DNA of 53,840 nucleotides, taken from NCBI GenBank assembly GCA_965370965.1, contig CBDUWQ010000002.1, positions 1-53,840 on the forward strand. Direction: 5' to 3'. This DNA is from an uncultured Bacteroidales bacterium (GTDB lineage: Bacteria > Bacteroidota > Bacteroidia > Bacteroidales > SZUA-534). The notes beneath the pieces were generated by a model, which ran no database searches, was not told where the DNA came from, and saw only the letters and a program-made list of their open reading frames with translations. A program made the position numbers and the translations under genes. Shown here in pieces: positions 17,717 through 26,532 of the stretch. Each line of letters starts with the position of its first letter. The first letter of the stretch is position 1.

Positions 17717-20700
17717 CTATTTTATTTTTTTCCAATTTTTCATATCATAAACATAGTCTTTAACTTCAAAAACAAGATTATTGTGATACTTCTTTCTTGT
17801 TCGCAAATCGGTATGCCATTTTGTATAGTAGGTAGTTATTGTTCTTGAGGCAGAATCGACTTTAGTTGGGTCATTCTCATCAAAAGCAATGGCATAAGCA
17901 TCATTATTGCACATTAACCTCCAATCTTCACGCATTGGTTTTTTTGATTTAAAGTCTTTAACCATCAAAAGGGAGTTTAGTCTCATAAATTCCATCATAG
18001 AAACTTTTTTATCTTTTGTCCAGATTATAGGTGCATCGTAATCTTCAATTTTTTTATGGTAGTGCCACCATGACGGACCGTGGTCTGCAACCAAGATAAT
18101 CTTGGTGTTATCGTAAACATCATTTTCTTTCATCCATTTTAGCCACTTACCAAAAAGGTAGGTAAACCATTGTTGATTTTCATAAGGCGAAACATCTCTT
18201 ACAAATTTATTGTCATCTGATATTAAATCCCAAGGCACATGAGTAAACATTGAATGGATGTAAATGAAATTTGGCTTTTCACTATCACTTACTGATATTT
18301 GAGGTAATAGGCGAATGAAATTGTATTTGTTCAATAAACTTGAATTAATGGGAATATTACTATTTACTAACCACTTGTTTTTGTTATATATTTTTGGTTT
18401 TAAAAATAGCGGTGCACCTGAAAACAACGCATTCTCCCATAATTGAGTGTACCACATTTCATTCTGAAAACCAATGTCTAAATATGAGTTCCAGGTATCA
18501 GACCATGTTGGCAAATAATTATCAATCAAGCCGTGATCTACATCAGAATATTTTAAGCTATTGCCTGTAAAATAATAACCTTTATCGTTGATTTTATTGT
18601 AAAATACTTCTGTTGATTTAGTAATTTTTTGAGTTATTGTGTGTTCATCGTCAGAGTTCATGTTGGCAATGGTAAAGCCGGAACCACTTGTCATTGAAGG
18701 AACAGAAGAATAAGTGTAATTTGATGTTGAGATTGTGTTTGGATACCAAATAAAGCCATTATAAATATCAAGTAAGGTAGAATCTTCTTTTAGGATATCA
18801 TGCATATACCATCCTTGAGCACCATCAATAATAAAATACAAAACATTTTTTTGTGTTTTTGAAAAAGGTATTTTATTTAAATAGGAGTTGGTTTCTTGTT
18901 GATTATCATCAATATCATGTTTTTTTGAAAAGAAATCGTCTGTGCGAAAGGATAAAAACAAACTTTGCCCAATTAAGAACAGATTGAGGGCAATAAGCGC
19001 AACTAATATTTTACGGTTTAATTGTTTTTTTACTAACCATGTACTGCCTGCAAAAACTGCCATTAACAATAAGGCCTCTAAAAAATAATAAATAGCTTTT
19101 GCTGCAAGTCTTTCTTCATGAGAGAAAAAGTTTACTTGAAGAGTGCCTACATCGTAAGGAATAATTGAACTGTATAAAAAAACTATTATTGAAATAGAAA
19201 GACCCAATATTTGCAATAAATATTTTAACTTTTTTGGAGTAATTAAGTATAGCCCAATACCGATAGCGATTGTTATAATAAAGGGTGTAAAGTTATTAGA
19301 AAAGAAGTTAATTGCCGGAAAACTAAAATTTTGTGGAAATGATGAATAAACAATTAGTGGATTCCAATAAAATACCAAACCGTCAATATAGATAAGTGAC
19401 AATAAATATGTTGCCGAGTGTATTGGAGGTAATAATTTAAAAGAATTTCTGTTGTATTTTAAATAAAATGGCAATGCTAATAGTGTAAATAAAATGCCCT
19501 GCAACCAAACTATATAGTAAGAGCTTTCGCTAACACTATATAACAGGTTAAAGAAGTGAAAATCTGTTGGTTTACCGCTATTTAACAATACCTTTATACC
19601 AATAGTTTGACTTAATAGTATTGTTATTAGCAAAAACGAGACTATCTGATATACATAATAGTTACTCTTTTTTGCAATACGTATAAAATAAAACATACCA
19701 GCAAATTGTACGAGCAATACAAACAATAATGCAACAACAGATAGCGTAGTGTTAGTGCCAGTAAAATAGTATTGAGATGAGAAATGAAAATAGAGCGATA
19801 AAAACAGTAAGGTAAAATAGAGTATTGGAGGTATTTCTATTTTTGATACTATTGGTTTGAGATAATCAGCAATAACAATTGCAATCCAAACAAATACAGT
19901 AAGAACAAAGCTTCCAATTAATGCACTAATTAACCTTATAACAATGCTATCAAAACTATTTTGAGTGGCCCAATTTAGTTGACTTAGAACACTTATTATT
20001 ATTAATGTGATTAATGATTTTTTTAGTATAGATGATTTTTGTGCAAAATTGATTCTAATTTTAATAAAGCTGATAGTATCTGCTGATTTCCTTTTGCCTA
20101 CTTTTCTAAACACTTCGGGGTTTGTAATAAACATCCTAAAAAAGCTAAATACATTGTTCATGGTCCAGTAAAGCACCAAGCCCGCCGGCAGTTTAAACAA
20201 TAGTATAAGGAATATACCTGCTACAATAAGCATCTGTTTGCGTTCCGATGTGTCGCCATTGCGAGTATAAAAGTAAGCAGTTAACAGGTTTATTAATGTC
20301 ATGGCAATAGGCAATATGTTTATTGCACCAAACAGGGCATCGGGTGCAGCAAGGTTTTTAATAAACCAAAATTGCACCCCCTGCATAGGTTCAAAATGCT
20401 CTAAAAATTGGTAAGCAGCTATAAAAAACGGTATCTGCAACAGCAAACTTAATATTGGTATTAAGGCACGTAAAGGGCTGTAGTTATGCTGTCTGTTTAA
20501 GGTTTTTAAATAGTAATACCGCTCTTGCCCTTTGTAGCAACGCTTAATTTCGTTAAGCTGCGGTTTCATTTTGCGCTTTACGGCATCGTCTTTCTTTTTT
20601 GCTTTTTCAATTAAAATAAAAATGGGTAGTAACAGTGCCGATATGGCAAAGCTTAAAAGTATAATTGCCCAACCATAGTTGCCTGTTATGTTATAGCTAA

Positions 20701-20761
20701 ACAGAAACAACTGTTTAATTATAAAAATAAAAGGTGATATTATAAGTTCAAATACATTCAT
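17717..20761 (-). CDS. YidC/Oxa1-like :: polytopic :: LtaS/sulfatase-like fusion, paralog 2 of 3
   Basis: 1014 aa. The N-terminal roughly 215 aa are near-identical to the neighbouring paralogs. C-terminal motifs are VLYFIIDGAQGW, YPNTISTSNYTYSS, FIYIHSMFTHVPW and IILVADHGP. It is separated from the next gene by 6 bp. Confidence 0.85.
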   Translation of the reverse strand: MNVFELIISPFIFIIKQLFLFSYNITGNYGWAIILLSFAISALLLPIFILIEKAKKKDDAVKRKMKPQLNEIKRCYKGQERYYYLKTLNRQHNYSPLRALIPILSLLLQIPFFIAAYQFLEHFEPMQGVQFWFIKNLAAPDALFGAINILPIAMTLINLLTAYFYTRNGDTSERKQMLIVAGIFLILLFKLPAGLVLYWTMNNVFSFFRMFITNPEVFRKVGKRKSADTISFIKIRINFAQKSSILKKSLITLIIISVLSQLNWATQNSFDSIVIRLISALIGSFVLTVFVWIAIVIADYLKPIVSKIEIPPILYFTLLFLSLYFHFSSQYYFTGTNTTLSVVALLFVLLVQFAGMFYFIRIAKKSNYYVYQIVSFLLITILLSQTIGIKVLLNSGKPTDFHFFNLLYSVSESSYYIVWLQGILFTLLALPFYLKYNRNSFKLLPPIHSATYLLSLIYIDGLVFYWNPLIVYSSFPQNFSFPAINFFSNNFTPFIITIAIGIGLYLITPKKLKYLLQILGLSISIIVFLYSSIIPYDVGTLQVNFFSHEERLAAKAIYYFLEALLLMAVFAGSTWLVKKQLNRKILVALIALNLFLIGQSLFLSFRTDDFFSKKHDIDDNQQETNSYLNKIPFSKTQKNVLYFIIDGAQGWYMHDILKEDSTLLDIYNGFIWYPNTISTSNYTYSSVPSMTSGSGFTIANMNSDDEHTITQKITKSTEVFYNKINDKGYYFTGNSLKYSDVDHGLIDNYLPTWSDTWNSYLDIGFQNEMWYTQLWENALFSGAPLFLKPKIYNKNKWLVNSNIPINSSLLNKYNFIRLLPQISVSDSEKPNFIYIHSMFTHVPWDLISDDNKFVRDVSPYENQQWFTYLFGKWLKWMKENDVYDNTKIILVADHGPSWWHYHKKIEDYDAPIIWTKDKKVSMMEFMRLNSLLMVKDFKSKKPMREDWRLMCNNDAYAIAFDENDPTKVDSASRTITTYYTKWHTDLRTRKKYHNNLVFEVKDYVYDMKNWKKIK

Positions 20762-20768
20762 AATAGGT

Positions 20769-23700
20769 TTATTCTATCCGTTTCCAATTATTTGCATCAA
20801 AAATATTATCTTTTACAGAATATGTATAGCTAATTGAAAATTTATTCATACTTGTCAGATTTTTCGACCACGATGAAATACTACCTTTTAATACTCTTGA
20901 AGTTTGCAAGGTATCATTTGCCGGGTTATTTTTTTCATTAAAAGCAATACTGTTAACATCGGCATTGCTCATAAAACGCCAGTCTGTTTTTAATGTATCG
21001 TTACAATTAAAATCTTTAACAAGTAATAGTGCATTTAAACTTATTACATCGTTCATTGGCACTTTTTCGGGTGTATTATTTTTAAACGGCATGTCTATAT
21101 CTAAACTCAGCTTTCGAGTATTAATACCATGGTCTGAAACAATTATTATTTTGGTATTATCATAAATACCTTTCTTTTTCATCCAATTAAACCATTTCGC
21201 CAATGTTTCTAAAGTCCACTCTGCTGTTTTATGCGATGGCACATCGTAAATAATAGAGCCGGTAGAATCAATTATATTCCACGGAAAATGGGGTACTAAA
21301 GAGTGTAGCACAACAAAAGCGGGTTTACTATTAACTGAAGTTGAAATAAACGGCAATAACCTTAAAAAATTATACTTTTTTGTTATCAGGTTATTTGCAT
21401 TTTTATCGGGTTTTTTAAACCAATTACCTTTATTATATAATTTGGGTTTCAAAAAAAGAGGCGCACTAAAAAACAAAGCGTTATTTATTAAAATATAATA
21501 ATCTTTATCATGAACCTCACTAATATTAAGCTTTTCATTATAAATACTCCACTTACTATTCCATTCGGGAATAAATGCATCAAAATTCACTTTGTTTATA
21601 TTTACATACGATAATTTATTTGCAATAAAATTAAAACCTTTACTATGCGCTTTGTTTGATAAAGATTGCATTGCTCCGGTAATTTTTTCAGTAATAGTAT
21701 GGTTTTTGTCCAAATCTAACTTTTTAGGTAAATAGTTGTGTCCTCCTATTATAGGCGCAATTGATGTTGTTGTAATTTTTGATACTGACAATGTGTTAGG
21801 ATACCATACAAAACCCGCTAATTCATTTTTAAGGTTGCTGTTTTCATTAAGTAATTTATTCATAGTCCATCCCTGAAACATATCGGCAATTACTATTACA
21901 ACATTTTTTTTTGTTGATGAAAAATCAATTGTAGAATTATTAATATGTAATTCTCCTTTTGATTTAAAAAAACTGCCCGAATTTAATGCTATTAAAATAC
22001 TATGTGCAACAAGGGTAACATTAATTAGCAGTAAGCCCAAAATAATTTTTTTTAAGTGCTTTTTTTGTGTAATAAGCCATTTTACTGTAAAAAATATAAA
22101 AATAATAAATCCACTTTCTGTTAAAAAGTAGTATAACGGTTTTGCAATATTATCTTGTTCTCCATATTTATTAACGAGCAGAACGCCAACATCAAGTGGA
22201 AAAATTGTGCTGTTTAAAAACGAAACTACTGTTATCCCCAACATTATCCATAAACCTATAAACTTGTTTTTTGGTGGAATTAAATAGTAAGCAGCCATTA
22301 AACCTACTGTACTAATTATAAAAAAAATAAGGTTGTTGGTTAGTATTTCAATACCCTGGAATTTGAATATTTCAGGAAATGAGGAAAAAACTACCAACGG
22401 ATTCCATAAAAACATAAATCCGCAGATATATAATACTGACAGTAAATAAATTACCCAATTTGAGTCGGTTTTAGGAATATTTATATTGGTTTTTTTTATA
22501 TAGAATGGTAATGCTATTAAAATAAAGAAAATGCCTGGCAAAACAACATCACTTAAGTTGCCAAAGCTACCCAGCAGACTCATCAACCCTAATGTTTTAT
22601 CAATTGTTACTCCACTTAATAATATGTATATATTAATAAGTTGAAGTAAAAACAGGGTTATCAGTAAAAAAAAGGTTAAAATAAAAAGTGGTTTTGAAGT
22701 AGTGTTTTTTGCCCTTTTAAAATATATAAAGCCTATAAATTGCAAGGGTAATAATACTATTAATGAAACAACACTTAACCGTATGTTAAACCCCGAGTAA
22801 TAAAATAGCGATGCCAAATAAAAATATATTATTGCAAAAATAAGTGAGAAAAACAGACTCGGACGTACTGTAAATACTCCTTTTTGGTTTACTCCTATTT
22901 TAATAATCTTATAATACAACTCTTTTGCCGTAATAGAAATTAAACCGTAATACAAACTCGAAACAGTAGCAAGCAACAAGGTAATTACTACGCTAAGTAC
23001 TACCGACAAAAGCAAACGTAAAATAAAACCATTAAAGCTAAATTTTAATGCCCAGTTAATTTGCGATAAAACAGCAAATGTTAGTATGATAAAAAATGTA
23101 GTATTAAATACCGACCATAACTGTGTAAATAGTTTTTTTACAGATTTTACATTTATCGGTTCCTTTAGTTTATGAACAACTGTAAACAAGCCTATCAATA
23201 AAACAACACCTGCACATACTGCTACTATAAATAATAACCGTAACGCTAAACCATTAAAGCTGTTATTAAATATCCAATTTAATTGGCTCAATATACCCAA
23301 AACAGATAAAACATAAAATGTAACCTTTAGCTTTGGCAAAATTGTAATAAACCGCAATTTTATCTCTTTTAAGGTTAAAGTATTTCTGCTTTTTTTCTTT
23401 TCACTTTTCCTAAACACCTCGGGGTTTGTAATAAACAGCCTAAAAAAGCTAAACACGTTGTTCATTGTCCAGTAAAGCACTAAGCCCGCCGGCAGTTTAA
23501 ACAACAGTATAAGAAATATACCTGCTACAATAAGCATCTGTTTGCGCTCAGATGTGTCGCCATTGCGGGTGTAAAAATACGCAGTTAGCAGGTTTATTAA
23601 TGTCATGGCAATAGGCAATATGTTTATGGCACCAAACAGGGCATCGGGTGCGGCAAGGTTTTTAATAAACCAAAATTGCACCCCCTGCAAAGGTTCAAAA

Positions 23701-24065
23701 TGCTCTAAAAATTGATAAGCAGCTATAAAAAACGGTATCTGTAACAGCAAACTTAATATAGGTATTAATGCACGTAATGGGCTGTAGTTATGCTGTCTGT
23801 TTAAGGTTTTTAAATAGTAATACCGCTCTTGCCCTTTGTAGCAACGCTTAATCTCGTTAAGCAGGGGTTTCATTTTGCGCTTTACGGCATCGTCGCGTTT
23901 TTTTGCTTTTTCAATTATTATAAAAATGGGTAGTAATAGTGCCGATATGGCAAAGCTTAAAAGTATAATTGCCCAACCATAATTTTCGGTTAGTTGGTAG
24001 CCAAATAAAAACAGTTGCTTAATTATAAATATAAATGGTGATAGTATAATTTCGAATATGTTCAT
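20769..24065 (-). CDS. YidC/Oxa1-like :: polytopic :: LtaS/sulfatase-like fusion, paralog 1 of 3 (carries an extra two-helix unit)
   Basis: 1098 aa with the same N-terminal module. An LSQ(L/I)NW..SFNG..LRLL unit is duplicated. C-terminal motifs are VVIVIADMFQGW, YPNTLSVSKITTTS, FVVLHSLVPHFPW and IIIVSDHGI. It is separated from the next gene by 7 bp. Confidence 0.85.
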   Translation of the reverse strand: MNIFEIILSPFIFIIKQLFLFGYQLTENYGWAIILLSFAISALLLPIFIIIEKAKKRDDAVKRKMKPLLNEIKRCYKGQERYYYLKTLNRQHNYSPLRALIPILSLLLQIPFFIAAYQFLEHFEPLQGVQFWFIKNLAAPDALFGAINILPIAMTLINLLTAYFYTRNGDTSERKQMLIVAGIFLILLFKLPAGLVLYWTMNNVFSFFRLFITNPEVFRKSEKKKSRNTLTLKEIKLRFITILPKLKVTFYVLSVLGILSQLNWIFNNSFNGLALRLLFIVAVCAGVVLLIGLFTVVHKLKEPINVKSVKKLFTQLWSVFNTTFFIILTFAVLSQINWALKFSFNGFILRLLLSVVLSVVITLLLATVSSLYYGLISITAKELYYKIIKIGVNQKGVFTVRPSLFFSLIFAIIYFYLASLFYYSGFNIRLSVVSLIVLLPLQFIGFIYFKRAKNTTSKPLFILTFFLLITLFLLQLINIYILLSGVTIDKTLGLMSLLGSFGNLSDVVLPGIFFILIALPFYIKKTNINIPKTDSNWVIYLLSVLYICGFMFLWNPLVVFSSFPEIFKFQGIEILTNNLIFFIISTVGLMAAYYLIPPKNKFIGLWIMLGITVVSFLNSTIFPLDVGVLLVNKYGEQDNIAKPLYYFLTESGFIIFIFFTVKWLITQKKHLKKIILGLLLINVTLVAHSILIALNSGSFFKSKGELHINNSTIDFSSTKKNVVIVIADMFQGWTMNKLLNENSNLKNELAGFVWYPNTLSVSKITTTSIAPIIGGHNYLPKKLDLDKNHTITEKITGAMQSLSNKAHSKGFNFIANKLSYVNINKVNFDAFIPEWNSKWSIYNEKLNISEVHDKDYYILINNALFFSAPLFLKPKLYNKGNWFKKPDKNANNLITKKYNFLRLLPFISTSVNSKPAFVVLHSLVPHFPWNIIDSTGSIIYDVPSHKTAEWTLETLAKWFNWMKKKGIYDNTKIIIVSDHGINTRKLSLDIDMPFKNNTPEKVPMNDVISLNALLLVKDFNCNDTLKTDWRFMSNADVNSIAFNEKNNPANDTLQTSRVLKGSISSWSKNLTSMNKFSISYTYSVKDNIFDANNWKRIE

Positions 24066-24131
24066 TTAGTATCCTTGTTGTTTGCATCTGATTGCAATTA
24101 AATTTATGAAGAACAAGAGTTTTTTGTATTG

Positions 24132-24428
24132 TTAAATGTATTCCCATAATTTGGGATTACGGCTTGTGTGAAGTACAGAAGATATAATTATTGTCTTATT
24201 ACTTTCGTCAATGGAATAATGGATCATAAACGGAAAAATGTCTAAAACGGCTGTTCTTATGTTATCATAGCGGATATTGGAAGATTTAGGGTTTTGTTTT
24301 AAAACAGAAACAGTTTCCCTAACTTTAGAAGTAAACTTTTTACCAAGCCCTTTACTCTTTTTATTATACCACAAAGCAGCTTTTCTAATATCACCTTTTG
24401 CATGAGGTAGCATAATGGATTTATACAT
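24132..24428 (-). CDS. Type II toxin, RelE/ParE superfamily
   Basis: 98 aa, small and basic. The start overlaps the upstream stop (TAATG). The sequence pattern IFPFMIHYSIDESNKTIIISSVLHTSRNP is typical of ParE/RelE-like toxins. Confidence 0.7.
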   Translation of the reverse strand: MYKSIMLPHAKGDIRKAALWYNKKSKGLGKKFTSKVRETVSVLKQNPKSSNIRYDNIRTAVLDIFPFMIHYSIDESNKTIIISSVLHTSRNPKLWEYI

Positions 24429-24658
24429 TACAGGTCTTTTTCAATATCATCCATTGCTATATCAAAATCAATAGCTGAATTTGGGTTTTTTCTGTAATCT
24501 TCAAGTCGTTGACTTACCAAGTCTTTATGCCATTCAGGAATATCAATACTTTCTTGCTCAATTCCTTTATATTTATTTTTGAGGTTATTCCATTCATTTA
24601 TAGGAATAAATACTCCTGTTGTTTGTCCGGTGCTATCTGAGATATATTGTAAGTTCAT
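24428..24658 (-). CDS. Antitoxin, putative addiction-module component
   Basis: 76 aa and acidic. The C-terminal EWHKDLVSQRLEDYRKNPNSAIDFDIAMDDIE resembles the addiction-module-component family. It is translationally coupled to the toxin gene. Confidence 0.65.
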   Translation of the reverse strand: MNLQYISDSTGQTTGVFIPINEWNNLKNKYKGIEQESIDIPEWHKDLVSQRLEDYRKNPNSAIDFDIAMDDIEKDL

Positions 24659-24708
24659 AATCTTTTTTATTTTACAAATGTAAGGAAATTTTATTTCTTA
24701 TTTTCTTG

Positions 24709-25953
24709 TTAGTGGTTGTCATTCAAGCTGTCAACTATCTCCAAAATCTGATTTGCTGCTGTTTCGCCGGCTTTTCCAAAATTATAAACCGATTCGTTTT
24801 TAAGATCTTCAAGTTGCATGCTTGGAGGATTTTGTAATATTTCATTAACCATAATGCTAATTTTCTCAATATCGTTTTCGTCAAATATTTTTCCAAGACG
24901 AGACCTCTCGCGCATCTCCCACATTTCATAATCAAGCTCGCTCCCTTCAAATCCCTCAATGCTGTCAAATTCGGTTTTTAACAATAAAATTGGTTTTGAG
25001 TATAAAAATGCAAAGTCCCAAAATACTCCCGACAGGTCACCAATCATTAAATCGGCTTTTGCCATGCTCTCTGTTCCAAGCGGATTCCTGTCAATTGTAA
25101 TACGTAGTTCATCTTTAAAATGCTCTTCAATTTCGCCAATTTCTTTGGGAAAACTTACATAACTTTGTGGGTGCGGACGCAGTATAATATCGTATGTGCT
25201 ATCCTGTAAAAGGCTTTCAAAAAACTTAACCCCAAACCTGTTTATTATTGAATACTCCTTCCATGTTGGTGCAACAAGCACTACCTTGTTCTTTTTTTTA
25301 GGTTTTGCAAATGCTTTAACCTCGTCAAGCATAATATCGTAGTAGGTTAATCCGGTTTTTAAAAGCAGTTTTTTATCCGTTTCTCGCTTTTGTTCAAGCT
25401 TTTCAATACCCTCAATTTGATGTGGTCCCGAGCAAAATACCGAATCAAAATAGTCAAATGCAAATTTGCGATATGTAAAAATATCAATAGGTGCATGAAC
25501 AATATGCCCATAATGCCCAACATTTTTTGAGCGGCGAATCATCATTACATCCAACTGTGGGGTGGTCATACCCACAAACTTTGCTTTAAGCTTGTTTAAA
25601 TAAACCGATGTCATTGTTAAGTTACCAATAAATTTACTGTCGTAATACTCCGATTTGTAATCTAATCCTGGGTCGTCTTTGTCGGATGTTACATAGGCAC
25701 AGCGAACTTTTTTTTGCTCAAGTGCTTTAATTACAGGTAAAAAAACCGACCAATATTGTTTCCCCTCTGAGTAGAAAATAATGTCGGTGTTCTCAAAATC
25801 GTTGCTGTTCACAAAGCCTTTTCCCAGTATCAAGTTTTTTATTTTGTAAAAAAATCCGCGTAAAGCGAAACCTAATGTGGCAACCAATGCAATAATAATA
25901 TAAAGCAAAGCACTTGTTGAGGCGGGGTCAATGTAGAGTAAAATCATTTTCAT
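24709..25953 (-). CDS. CDP-glycerol glycerophosphotransferase (TagB/TagF) family protein with N-terminal TM anchor
   Basis: 414 aa with an N-terminal helix LYIIIALVATLGFAL. Family-like motifs are VLVAPTWKE, ILRPHPQ and MIGDLSGVFWDFAFLYSKPILL. It lies directly downstream of the phosphonate genes. Confidence 0.75.
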   Translation of the reverse strand: MKMILLYIDPASTSALLYIIIALVATLGFALRGFFYKIKNLILGKGFVNSNDFENTDIIFYSEGKQYWSVFLPVIKALEQKKVRCAYVTSDKDDPGLDYKSEYYDSKFIGNLTMTSVYLNKLKAKFVGMTTPQLDVMMIRRSKNVGHYGHIVHAPIDIFTYRKFAFDYFDSVFCSGPHQIEGIEKLEQKRETDKKLLLKTGLTYYDIMLDEVKAFAKPKKKNKVVLVAPTWKEYSIINRFGVKFFESLLQDSTYDIILRPHPQSYVSFPKEIGEIEEHFKDELRITIDRNPLGTESMAKADLMIGDLSGVFWDFAFLYSKPILLLKTEFDSIEGFEGSELDYEMWEMRERSRLGKIFDENDIEKISIMVNEILQNPPSMQLEDLKNESVYNFGKAGETAANQILEIVDSLNDNH

Positions 25954-25990
25954 ATTTTATTTATTACTATTAAAATATATACTTTTTAAA

Positions 25991-26052
25991 CCATCAAGAA
26001 GTTAAGGTAGTTAAGATTTTAATTTTCTTACTGTTTCTTAATGCCTTAATGG
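25991..26052. repeat. Diverged copy A of the intercistronic junction repeat
   Basis: The sequence is CCATCAAGAAGTTAAGGTAG...CTTAATGCCTTAATGG. It shares the outer CCATTAA/TTAATGG and inner TTAAGG/CCTTAA pairing arms with copies C and D. Confidence 0.6.
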
Positions 26053-26059
26053 TGAAATA

Positions 26060-26464
26060 TTAATCATCTAATTCTTTAAAAACATCATTAACAAATGGTT
26101 TCATTGTTTTTGATATATTATCAGTATAAAAATTAATCAATAATCCTTGTGGCTTTTTTAATAACTTCATATATGTCAATAATTGTGCCTCATGAACCGG
26201 TAAAATATTTTGTGCAGCTTTAAGCTCAACAATAACAGTTTTATCAATTAGCAAATCCAGTCTTAAATCAACATCCATTTCCAAGTCTCCATATGTAACA
26301 GGTACTCTAATTTGTTGCTCAACATTAAAACCTTGTAATTCCAACTCATACTTCAAACACTTTTCATATACAGACTCCAATAAACCAGGACCTAATTCTT
26401 TGTGTACCTTTATTGCACACCCTACTATCTTATATGACAGCTTTGTAACATCATTTTTTGTCAT
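26060..26464 (-). CDS. GxxExxY family protein (PD-(D/E)XK-like fold)
   Basis: 134 aa with the signature motif GPGLLESVY and the downstream DLLIDKTVIVELKA. The size is typical for this family. Confidence 0.85.
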   Translation of the reverse strand: MTKNDVTKLSYKIVGCAIKVHKELGPGLLESVYEKCLKYELELQGFNVEQQIRVPVTYGDLEMDVDLRLDLLIDKTVIVELKAAQNILPVHEAQLLTYMKLLKKPQGLLINFYTDNISKTMKPFVNDVFKELDD

Positions 26465-26478
26465 ATTTTCTTTTTTTT

Positions 26479-26527
26479 TACCATATTAATAGCTAAAGTT
26501 TTCTCAATGTAACTTAATGCCTTAATA
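26479..26527. repeat. Diverged, shorter copy B of the junction repeat
   Basis: TACCATATTAATAGCTAAAGTTTTCTCAATGTAACTTAATGCCTTAATA shares AAAGTTTTCTCAAT and CTTAATGCCTTAAT with copies C and D. Confidence 0.55.
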
Positions 26528-26532
26528 ATTGA

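Noticed and set aside
14666-24065. Calling any of the three genes the housekeeping membrane insertase yidC
   Set aside because: The YidC-like core is only the first roughly 215 aa of proteins of 1014-1098 aa. It is present in triplicate within an accessory locus and lacks the conserved groove Arg. A genuine yidC is expected elsewhere in the genome.
24735-25162. ORFs 24735-24968 (-) and 24959-25162 (+) inside the TagF-like gene
   Set aside because: These are alternative-frame or antisense shadows of a 414-aa gene that has family motifs.
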